64,000 bases of DNA from NCBI RefSeq assembly GCF_006345805.1, contig NW_021835458.1, positions 6,670-70,669 of the forward strand. The letters are read 5' to 3'. The translations under genes were made by a program, and so were the position numbers. Below are positions 53,961 through 64,000 of this stretch, piece by piece. How positions within the stretch are numbered: position 1 is the first letter of the stretch; each line of letters opens with the position of its first letter. The stretch is from Octopus sinensis. Lineage: Eukaryota. Below the pieces are notes generated by a model. That model was not told the DNA's origin, searched no databases, and worked only from the letters and a program-made list of their open reading frames with translations.

Positions 53961-55793
53961 TTAAAGATCTCTATAAATGCGTATGTCACTAAGTAGTATA
54001 TCTAAGACTTGTAAAGTAAGCGTCTATCTTTAACTTTAATTCTTTACCGTGGTCATGCTGGAGCACTGCTTTGAGGATATTTTAGTTGACTGAATCGACC
54101 CCAGTACAATATTTTAAGTGTGATATATAATGCTTCTTTTTGCCGAATCGCTAAGGTATGGGGACGTAAACATAACAACACCAGATGTCCAGCAGTCTAT
54201 AACAATGAAAAAAGAAAATAGATCAAAAACAAAAAAAATCAGTCCAATATAAGACACACCAACAAAAGACAGGTAGAATCAAGTATTTCAAGCTCTGAAT
54301 AGATGATCTAATTAAATCTTGTACCAAAAAAATCATTTTCTTATCAACGTCATTATCATGAAACGCTATACAAATACCCACTTCGTAATCAACAACGAAA
54401 ATTTGACCTCCCTCCTCGCCACCGAAATATGCACACAGCCATAAAAGATAAAGTTCAGAAAATAAAAGAAAAATACTAATAGAATTAAAACGAAATAAAC
54501 ACAAATAGTAGGACGTATCTCTCGCGTGTCTCAAAGAAACTAGACGTTAATTCACAAAAAGCACAAGATGTAAAACAAAAAAAATGAATAAAACGAAAAT
54601 AATTAACAACAGATGCAAAAAAAAAACAATCAATGAGCAGGCGTAGACAAGAAACCATGCGTATGCTCACAGCCTCACACGTAAGACTAATTATAAAGAA
54701 ACATCTGGTCAAGCTCTAACAGTTCTCACACGAACTTGTGTGCACGTTCTGTTATTATTATTTCATTTCTTTCAAACTGGCGATGCTGAATTTAACGTTT
54801 GATTTACATCAACAACGCGACGAACAACAAGAGCAGCAACAACCACGATAGTAGCTGCGTGGGCGAACACAAACACAGAGAGATACAGGAACGGTTCCAA
54901 AAGTCGGAGTGAAGGGCTGCAGTAACGGTGACGGGGTAGGGGACGGGTGTGAAAAGAGGGTCAAAGAGCTACTAAGAACAACAGCAATAACAACAACAAT
55001 AACGATGACAACAATATAAAGGGCAGAGGCCCATATATACACACAAGCACATATGCGAAACACATAGACATGCGTACGCACATACAAGCACACATATATA
55101 CACACAAATACAAGTTAGATAGAAGTCTATGTACGCGTGTACGCATATTTATAAATGTATGTAGATTAGAGTGCTGAGATGTCAAATAAAGGACAGCATC
55201 TAAAAGATATGGCAAATCCGGCATCGATATGACATACATTTCATATATGTTATACAGACGTGTATAATTAGAATAAATGTTTATTGAAGATAATTTGAAG
55301 CATTGGGCGCAGAGGAGAATCGAAAATGCTGGAAAGCTATATATAAATTATGTAAATGACGTGGCACTGTCAGAAATAACAAGGAACAAGACAAGCATTA
55401 AAAGTTGTTCGTAGTTCTGACATATGCCATAGGATGCAAAATAATTGAGTCTGCAGAACTGACGGTTCACTCTTTAATTACTTTCGTATATACGTGATTG
55501 ATATCGCCTACAATACCCTTTGATTAAAAGTTCTTAGCTGTCTCTATTCTTTCAAACTTTGTTTTATATTTAAAAAGTTTATCTAAAGCATAAATATAAA
55601 TATAAATTTCGTCATATTTAAACTAACATCAGTTAGTTAGTTTTTGAATTGTTGAAATGTATTGCAGAACAATTAGAAAGGTTTGTTTCGACCCTTTAGA
55701 ATTGGAATTTTTGAAAAGTAAAAGTTTTTCAATATGTAGCTTTTTATTCTCTTTGAGTGAACATTTTGCTGGTTGAAATACACCGAAAGCATT

Positions 55794-55831
55794 TTAGTAC
55801 CGGTTTCAGACTTTGCGACTTTTTCAGCTTA
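55794..55831 (-). ncRNA. Hammerhead-like motif (degenerate)
   Basis: Reverse complement reads aag-CUGAAAA-agucgcaaagucu-GAAA-CCGG-UA-cuaa. It shares GAAACCGGUAC with the family at 2082. Confidence 0.4.
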
Positions 55832-55919
55832 GAGTAAAACGTGGAAAATAATTACATTGTGGAAAAATTACATGAAAGGTTTTTTAAAATATTGCCGTAG
55901 TTTTGAAATACGTAAGACA

Positions 55920-56010
<91 letters not shown>

Positions 56011-56124
56011 ACTTTCATGAAGGCTCGGTAGGTAGGTAGTAGCAGATCTGAAGAAATATTTAATATGAGGGATGTTGGTTCCGGATTTTGATTGTCTAAA
56101 CAGCAGTAGACGAGGGAGGAGACG

Positions 56125-56530
56125 AAGAAGAAGAAGAAGAAGAAGAAGAAGAAGAAGAAAGAGAAGAAGAAGAAGAAGAAGAAGAAGAAGAAGAAGAAGA
56201 AAAGTCGAAGAAGAAAAAGAAGAGAAGAAGAAGAAGAAGAAGAAGAAGAAAAGAAGAAGAAGAAAAGAAGAAGAAGAAAAGAAGAAGAAGAAGATGAAAA
56301 GAAGAAGAAGAAGAGAAGAAGAAGAAGAAGAAAGGTCGAGAAGAAAAAAGAAGAAGAGAAGAAGAAGAAAAGAAGAAGAAGAAAAGAAAGAAGAAGAAGA
56401 AAAAGAAGAGAAGAAGAAGAAGAAAAGAAAAGAAGAAGAAGAAGAAAGAGAAGAAGAAGAAGAAGAAGAGAAGAAGAGAAGAAGAAGAAGAAGAAGAAGA
56501 AGAAGAAGAAGAAGAGAAGAAGAAGAAGAG
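56125..56530 (+). repeat. (GAA)n-rich polypurine microsatellite
   Basis: Seen directly in the sequence. Confidence 0.95.
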
Positions 56531-56642
56531 GGAGTAAGAAAGGGAGAAAAAGATGGGAGTTGTATGTGAGTAATAGGCTGTTGGTAGAATCCTCACAAAC
56601 TTTCCGACTCGAACTGAATATGTGCTCTTCTTTGCTGTCACG

Positions 56643-56980
56643 TCCTTTTTGGACCGAATAGAGACAGATAATAAGAAATAGTTTCTCTATAAAAGTGTCA
56701 AGCGCCGAAGACAGTGGATGGGGAAAAGAGAAACACCAGCACCCCAGGGTAAAGTAAGTCTTTACCCACGTAAAGTGTTGCTATCTTTCTGGTGAGATAT
56801 AAAAGGTTTAGTCCACTTTGAACTTTTAAACCAGAACCAAACGATGACAAAAGAGATCTACTGCTGGCAGCTTGAACAACTTGAACAACTTAAGTCAGTT
56901 CTAGAAGAAAAATTACCATCTTTGGTTTCAAAAGGAAAAAGTGTATTCTTCCATCAGGGTAATACTCGGCCACATACAGC
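56643..56980 (+). pseudogene. mariner (DD34D-type) transposase fragment, truncated by a SINE A insertion
   Basis: FLDRIETDNKK*FLY..RRRQW..K.SLYPRKVLLSFW*DIKGLVHFELL..TMTKEIYC.QL..VFFHQGNTRPH matches FL.RIVTGDEKW..K.ML.VWWD..HDNARPH. Confidence 0.8.
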
Positions 56981-57128
56981 GAGCTTCTTTCAGTTACCGT
57001 CTACCAAATCCACTCACAAGGCTTTGGTCGGCCGGAGGCTATAGTAGAAGACACTTGCCCAAGGTGCCACGCAGTGGGACTGAACCCGGAACCATGTGGT
57101 TTGGAAGCCAGCTTCTTACCACACAACC
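56980..57128 (-). mobile_element. SINE family A 5' portion
   Basis: Reverse complement of the family A head. Confidence 0.85.
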
Positions 57129-57220
57129 TCGTATATGTATACATTCATGTGTGTGTGTATGTGTCATTATTTTTATTTCAAGATTTCTTGCCAATAAAGA
57201 CCATCAACAAGTTATTTTTC

Positions 57221-57221
<1 letters not shown>

Positions 57222-57252
<31 letters not shown>

Positions 57253-57452
57253 TGTACGTACGTATGTATGAATGTATGTATGTATGAATGTATGTATGTA
57301 TGTATGTATGTATGTATGTATGTATGTATGTATGAATGTATGTATGCGTGTATGTATATATGTATGTATATATGTATGTATGTATGTATGTATGTGTGTA
57401 TGTATGTATGAATGTATGTATGTATGTATATATGAATGTATGCATGTATGTA

Positions 57453-57487
<35 letters not shown>

Positions 57488-57502
57488 TTGTATGTATGTA
57501 TG

Positions 57503-57535
<33 letters not shown>

Positions 57536-57660
57536 TTGTGTGTATGTATGTATGTATGTATGTGTGTATGTATGTATGTATGTATGAATGTATGTATGTA
57601 TATATATGAATGTATGTATGTATGACTGAATGTATATATGTATGTATATAAGTATATGTA
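57222..57660 (+). repeat. (TATG)n microsatellite
   Basis: Seen directly in the sequence. Confidence 0.95.
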
Positions 57661-58200
57661 CGCTTGCTTGTATGTATGATATACTACGAAAAATATAATT
57701 AGTTTTCAGAATTCGGTGAAATACTGAAATTCAAATATATTCTTTGAAACCCAATGGAAAATTGATACATCCAATATACAACCAACATATCGTACATCCA
57801 ACCAATTAGATAAGTCTACATTTTACTGTATTCATTCATTAGCTGAATACGTGAATATTATTCCTTTCGATATCTTCATCTCTTTTGAATTACTTTTTGA
57901 GATAGTCAGATAGATAAGCCAAGAAAAACATACCTGATATCTCTATTCATTTGGCTTCTTTGTGATTAGTCACAGAATTATATCGGTGCTATTTTAAGAC
58001 AGCAGAAAACCTAAAACATTCAGTTTAATTAAATAACATTGTTTTCGCTTTCTAATATTTTAGATATTCATTGATATCATGCTTTGATATTATCTCATAC
58101 ACTGTGTTAGTTAAATACGAATTAATAGGATCTAATGTAATCTTTATTCTGGCATTCAAATACGCATTTTAAGTATGTATATATATATATATATATATAT

Positions 58201-58440
58201 TGGTTGGTTGGCATCCTTTTTGTCTCGGGAGACAACGGAGTTGCGCATAAAGTAGTCTAGTCCGGCTTTTACATTTCATGTCCTGATACATTTCCTGCTG
58301 TGGCTGTGTAGACCTATCCTGGACAAACACTCCCTCTGGCAGGTACCGCAAATGTAGCGAAGACTGTTCCTAGCTGGTTGTAATGCCATAGTTTCTTGTT
58401 GACGTCTTTTCTTGTCTTTCCATTTCTCCTCTCTCTCTCT
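58201..58440 (-). mobile_element. RTE-clade LINE 3' end
   Basis: Reverse complement encodes YICGTCQRECLSRIGLHSHSRKC (RTE C-terminal zinc finger), then a short 3' UTR hairpin gtctcccgagac and an (aacc)n tail. Confidence 0.75.
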
Positions 58441-58466
58441 CTGTCACTCCTTTGTATTCCCTCTCT

Positions 58467-58697
58467 AAGAAACGAGGTACTCAGAAATCTGGATGGTTTT
58501 ATATTTACAGATATTTATTAGTATGTCACATGTTTATATATATATATTAGCGCGCTTTCGTCCACTCTAGTGGAGTTGACAATCTGACAATTCCACTAGA
58601 GTGGACGAAAGCGCTATTATTTATATAAAAACATGTGACATACTAATAAATATCTGTAAGCATAAAACCATCTAGATTTCTGAGTACCTCATTTCTT
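58467..58697. repeat. Fold-back of about 110-bp arms with a hammerhead-like motif at the apex
   Basis: gaggtactcagaaatctggatgg..tccactctagtgga is the inverse of tccactagagtgga..ccatctagatttctgagtacctc. Confidence 0.85.
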
Positions 58698-58731
58698 CTA
58701 ATATATAATACCTGTATATCATTTCCAAACC

Positions 58732-58802
<71 letters not shown>

Positions 58803-58806
<4 letters not shown>

Positions 58807-59010
58807 AAACAAGTCAAAAATAGAAAATGCTAAAATAATTTTATAGTGAACATTTCAGTACCGGTTTCGGTCATTTTGAGACCTTTTCAACTGAAAAGGT
58901 CTCAAAATGACCGAAACCGGTACTGAATGTTCACTATAAAATTATTTTAGCATTTTCTATTTTTGACTTGTTTTTTCATATATATCAACTCGTGTGTTCC
59001 TTTTCACCCT
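58803..59010. mobile_element. Near-perfect fold-back made only of PLE pLTR ends (same family as 2029-3986)
   Basis: Arms about 58803-58889 and 58892-58978, with a one-sided tail atcaactcgtgtgttcc. Embedded in (TA)n. Confidence 0.9.
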
Positions 59011-59075
59011 TATATATATATATATATATATATAAAATAATTCTCTGAGCGTGGTATAAACAGTAGCTGCATGAC

Positions 59076-59229
59076 ATCGTGAAGTATATTCGCCACTTAA
59101 ATGTGGCTAACCCTTAAGGGTGGATGCTACTGTAGCCAGCTGGAGGAGGTGTGCTCCTGGGGCTACAAGCTAAAATAGCATCCACACTTAAGGATTAGCC
59201 ACATTTAAGTGGCAAATATATTTCACGAT
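59076..59229. repeat. Fold-back with about 55-bp arms
   Basis: atcgtgaagtatattcgccacttaaatgtggctaa is the inverse of ttagccacatttaagtggcaaatatatttcacgat. Confidence 0.8.
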
Positions 59230-59247
59230 ACATATGTATATATATGT

Positions 59248-59289
<42 letters not shown>

Positions 59290-59647
59290 ATGTGTATACC
59301 TATGTATCTGTGTATACATATATGTATCTCTGTGCATGTGTGTATGTGTGTGGGATGGAGGGGTGCATGGCTTAATGGTTAGTGGGTGTAGCGTTATGAT
59401 CATACACAAGACTTCGATTTCGATTCCTGGAGCTGGCGATGTGTTGTTCTTAACTAAAACACTTCATTTCGCGTTGCTCGTTTCTACACGGCAGGCAAAA
59501 AATGAGGATCTCTGTGGAGGACCAGTGTGTCATCTGGAGGGGGAATATATACGCCACAGAATCCGCGAAACAGGCCTTGTGAGCCTATCGACGGGAAGGG
59601 CATTTCATCTTCCTTGAGAACAGCTCGAAAATATTGTACGAACAACG

Positions 59648-60260
59648 AAGTGGCTGTGTGGTAAGAAGCTGGATTCCTAACTACATTGTTGTGAATTCAG
59701 TCCCATTGCGTGGAACCTTAGGCACGTATCTCTCTTCTACCATAGATTCAGGTCGACGGAAAACCTGTGAGTGGATTTGGTAGCCAGAAACTGAAAGAAG
59801 CCTCTCGTATATATATATAATATATATAGTATATATATATATAAGTATATGAAAGAATGGAGTTTAACGACTAGTTAACAAATATCCTTTATTCTCGACA
59901 TATGTTTCGAAGGCTGCATAGGAATATGTCGAGAATAAAGGATATTTGTTAACTAGTCGTTCAACTCCATTCTTTCATATACTTATAATTTTAAAATAAA
60001 CATACAAATTTCCGCACGAAGACACGTAGTCTATGCCCTAGGAACGTAGCTTCAACCGTGTTCTTTCTGATGTAAATTTGCTACCCAGGTATCGGTTATC
60101 TTTCGAATTATCCTTAATAAGATAATTCTTTCAATTACTCAAATATAGGTATATAGATGGATCCCTATCCGTGTCCACCGCTTGACAACCGGTGCTGGTT
60201 TGTCTACGTGCCTGTAACTTAGGGGTTCGGCAAACGTACCAACAGAATAAGTACCAAGAG
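59648..60260 (+). mobile_element. Old SINE family A split by an insertion in its internal (TA)n
   Basis: 5' half at 59648-59808, 3' half (cgcttgacaaccggtgctgg..) from about 60175. Confidence 0.7.
59840..59987. repeat. Fold-back with about 64-bp arms and a hammerhead 3' half at the apex
   Basis: Arms 59840-59903 and 59924-59987. The minus strand reads GAAAC-AUAU-GUC. Confidence 0.85.
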
Positions 60261-60413
60261 TAAAACATAAAAAGTACTCATGCACAGAAACACACGCGGT
60301 CGCACTGAGACACACACATGCACGAAACCAGTGCACAACTATTTTTATTACATAGCGAGACACAAACATATGTTTGCTATATACACACAACGACCGACAC
60401 ACACGTATATATA

Positions 60414-60504
<91 letters not shown>

Positions 60505-60527
60505 ACATATATATATATATATTTATA

Positions 60528-60566
<39 letters not shown>

Positions 60567-60567
<1 letters not shown>

Positions 60568-62440
60568 CTTTGATACTTGATACTTTGATAGGTTTCGCGG
60601 CCATTATTGGCCCAGGCCATGTCTAACTTAATAGCATCACCTGGTGAAGTCTTTCAAGTCAGAATTTGGGCACTATGGCCCTCAAGTAGAGAGTTATTGT
60701 TTACAGAGACATATCCGGGTGTAGGGGGTTTATCCGGGATTTCTTGAAGGAATCTGTCCAAAGACTTCTTGAACCCTATAGGGTCTGTTTTTCTGTTTTA
60801 ATGTGTTTTGGTGTAATGTTAAAGAGAGCGGGGCCAATTGAGGTGAAATAATTGTGCGTATTGTTGTTATGAGATGAGAGTGCGATTTTTGTTTTGGGCG
60901 GATGACACTGGGCCCAAGCCTTGGATGTACCTTAAAGGTGATGCCAACATCATTTGGGCAATGCTGATGGAATATTTTCCACATCATGCAGATGATGTAG
61001 CGCTCACGACGACGTTGGAGAGAATAAGTTTTAGCTTTTCTAGTCGACCCCAATAGTCGAGGCCTGTCATGCCATCTATCTTTTTTGTGATTGCCCTTTG
61101 AGGTGCTTCACTTTTATGATACTTTGTTTTGTGTGGGGAGACCATAGTGGACAACAGTATTCAAGGTGGGGTCGGGCAAAAGTGGAGAAGAGTAGGATAA
61201 TGGTGTGGATATCTCTCGACTGGAAAGTTCTGAGAATCCAGGAACACATTCTGCGGGCCATGTCAACTTTGGTGTTTATATGAGTGGCCCAGCTTATGTT
61301 GTTGTCCACAATTACTCCCAAGTCTGTGATGTTGTTGGATGCCACGAGAGTTTCACCTGAAGGAAGGGAGTATGGGAGTTTCAGGGCATCCTCCTTTCCA
61401 AAGTGGATTAACTCAAATTTATCCTCGTTCAGCAGCATATTGTTTTTTTTCTGCCCATTGGATAACAGCCAGTAGATCTGACTGAAGGCATGTCCGGTCA
61501 CTCGCCTCATTTATGACCTTCTGTAGCTTGGAATCATCTGCAAAGATTTTTATGTTGCTGTGCTTGATGATGTCATTAATGTCATTAATGTAGATGATGA
61601 AAAGAAGTGGGCCCAGCACAGTGCCTTGCGGAACGCCACTACTGACTTTGGCTGGGCTTGATTTTACCCCTTCAACTACATGTTGAGATCTGTCTGTCAG
61701 GAAACACTTGATCCATTTCAGTAACTTTCCAGAGACACCAATGTTGGATAGTTTTTTCATTAGGATCTTGTGATCAACCCTGTCGAAGGCCTTACTGAAA
61801 TCAAGGTAGATGACATCGGTGTTGGAGCCCTCTCCCAAAGCTCTCAAAATGTCATCAAAGTGATGCAGGAGCTGCGTTAGGCAGTCCCTTCCATTACGGA
61901 ACCCATGTTGGTTAGAGATCAGCCGTCTGTTGCTTTCAGAAATTGGGTTATTCGAGATCTCACCACCCTCTCAAATACCTTGATGATATGAGAGGTGAGT
62001 GAGATCGGACGGTAGTTCACTGCAAGGGACTTGTTTCCCTTTTTGAAAACTGGGACAACAGACTGGGTTTTTTGGAATATAGCCAGCATCCAGTGAGTTT
62101 CTCCACAGATTAGCAAGGGGAGATGCAAGTTGGTGTCGACACACCTTCAGGACACAAGCAGGGAACCTATCGGGGCCTACTGCTAAATTGTGTTTTATTT
62201 CGTTTATCGCCGCTAAGACATCAGGGGCACCAAACGTTATGTCCGATATAGTGTGTTGGGGGTTGATATCACTGATACAGCCCAGATCGGCCATATCAGG
62301 ATTGCTGAAAACAGAGCAGTATTGTTTCTGCAGTATCTCGGCCATGGATTTGGCATTATCTTGGAGAGTGCCAGTTTCATCAATTAGAGGGCCAACAATG
62401 GAGACAGTGACCCTGTGTTTCCTCGCAAATGAAAAGAACA
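60567..62440 (-). mobile_element. CR1/L2-clade LINE, 5'-truncated, frameshifted RT
   Basis: NYRPISLTSHIIKVFE, DVIYLDFSKAFDRVDH, SGVPQGTVLGPLLFIIYIND, IFADD, DLGVIVD and RPHLEYCCPLWSP. The 3' end has short tandem repeats (tatcaa(a)g)n at about 60567-60590. Confidence 0.93.
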
Positions 62441-62651
62441 CTTTTATATATGTATATGTATGTATGTATGCATGTATGTATATATATATATATATGTATA
62501 TTCCATTTCGTATATTTCTTTTGTCTTATCTATTGCTTTGGGTCGTGCTGAATTTTATTTTATTTGAGAACATAATCTTTGTGGAGAATGGCGATTTGAC
62601 GTCTATATCTAGCATGTTGACTGTCCACTTTTTCGTGTTCAGTCCTTAATT

Positions 62652-62711
<60 letters not shown>

Positions 62712-62828
62712 TAAATAAAGCTTAGGCTAGCAAAATACTTTAGAAAAATTCTTTGCTACCAGTCGTCTAGCGGGAAGAAAGAATTAGTCAATAGACAATA
62801 TATTATTCATATAAAAATATTGTGTACC

Positions 62829-63295
62829 TTTAAACACATAAGAAAGACCCATAACAGGACATCTGACTCGCTAGAAAGAGTAATTAAACTACAAACCATT
62901 AATAGTTATAATTCTGAAAGGGAATGAAAAATAACAACATTTACCCTATTTTTCCTGAACTGCATAGTTTCAGGCAATTTATTGTAAATAAAATAATTTA
63001 CGATTGGCGTTGCCCTTTCAGCAGGAAGCCAAGGCTAACATATAGACACGAGGCATGTTCTTTATCGCCTAGTATCTATATGTTAGCCTTGGCTTCCTGC
63101 TGAAGAGGTCAACGCCAACTTTAAAATATTTTATTTACAATAGACTGCCTGAAAATATGCATAGTCCAGGAAAAATAGGGTAAATGTTTTTATTTTTATT
63201 CCCTTCCAGAATTACAACTATTAGTGGTTTGTAGTTTAACTACTCTTTCTAGCGAGTCAGATGTCCTGTTAATAGCCATTTTTTATGAGTCTAAA
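62829..63295. repeat. Long diverged fold-back (about 225-bp arms) with a hammerhead motif in each arm
   Basis: taacaggacatctgactcgctagaaagag is the inverse of ctctttctagcgagtcagatgtcctgtta. Loop at about 63055-63066. Confidence 0.88.
63094..63172 (+). ncRNA. Type-I hammerhead ribozyme motif
   Basis: UUCCUG-CUGAAGA-gguc..(large loop)..ugccu-GAAA-auaugcaua-GUC-CAGGAA: 6-bp stem I and a GUC triplet. Confidence 0.65.
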
Positions 63296-63308
63296 TATAC
63301 ACTGTATT

Positions 63309-63390
<82 letters not shown>

Positions 63391-63717
63391 TACACACAAA
63401 ACACAGTTACAGAGACACTCAAAGATACAGCTAAATGGTTTGAAAAGGCGTCTCGTATATCAATCATCATACATATTTCAGTGTGTGTGTGTGTTCATGT
63501 GTATGTGTGAGTTGTTTGTGTCTGTGAGTATGCGTATCTGTGTATGTGCATGCGTGTGTATGTGTGCTAGATGTATGGATTCAAGATGGAAATTGCATAT
63601 GTATATATATATATAATATATATATGAGAGGACTTAGTAATATTAATATTTCTATTATATTTATATGCATAGCTATATACATATACAAGTACATATATAC
63701 ATATATATTCACACACA

Positions 63718-63782
<65 letters not shown>

Positions 63783-64000
63783 GTATATATATGCATACAA
63801 AGCTATATTTATTTAACAACGAGGCTCCACTTCAAAAATGCGTGGCAGGTCTATCACCTTTGGCGTTTATGTTGACACATTTCAAGTTCTGCATTTATCA
63901 AAATATAATATTCATGACAACTTTTATAGAATTTTTGTCTTTTGTAATGAATAAGTCACTCTGTCTGTTGACTCTCTCTGTTTGTTTCTCTCTCTCTCCC

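Noticed and set aside
56072-56641. Arg/Glu/Lys-rich protamine-like ORF
   Set aside because: It is the translation of a (GAA)n microsatellite.
538-63875. Numerous YI/IY-, HT-, CV- and MYVC-rich ORFs in the track
   Set aside because: They are translations of (TA)n, (CA)n and (TACA)n microsatellites, not genes.

Overview
AT-rich, microsatellite-dense eukaryotic DNA with no recognisable host protein-coding exon. The SINE and repeat content looks like an octopus/coleoid cephalopod genome (inference from memory of those repeat families). Almost all ORFs in the track are artefacts of (TA)n, (TG)n, (TACA)n, (GAA)n and (AAT)n runs. The real content is transposable elements: a 5'-truncated Penelope-like element (PLE; RT plus C-terminal GIY-YIG) with inverted pseudo-LTRs, a full-length decayed Chapaev3-type DNA transposon (TIRs plus TAA TSD), fragments of CR1/L2, R4/Dong, RTE, mariner and Helitron elements, MITEs, and four tRNA-derived SINE families. 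The most striking signal is a set of about 10 minimal type-I hammerhead-ribozyme-like motifs from several distinct PLE terminal-repeat families. Several sit in non-coding fold-back (palindromic) insertions next to (TA)n runs, with the hairpin apex at or near the ribozyme, and one family has a U3-A8 compensatory core. Other notable items are a 1.7-kb 19-bp minisatellite born from a SINE A-box, SINE multimers joined at a GGTA microhomology, and a locally templated 90-bp insertion with a 17-bp TSD. All calls were made by eye and coordinates are approximate.
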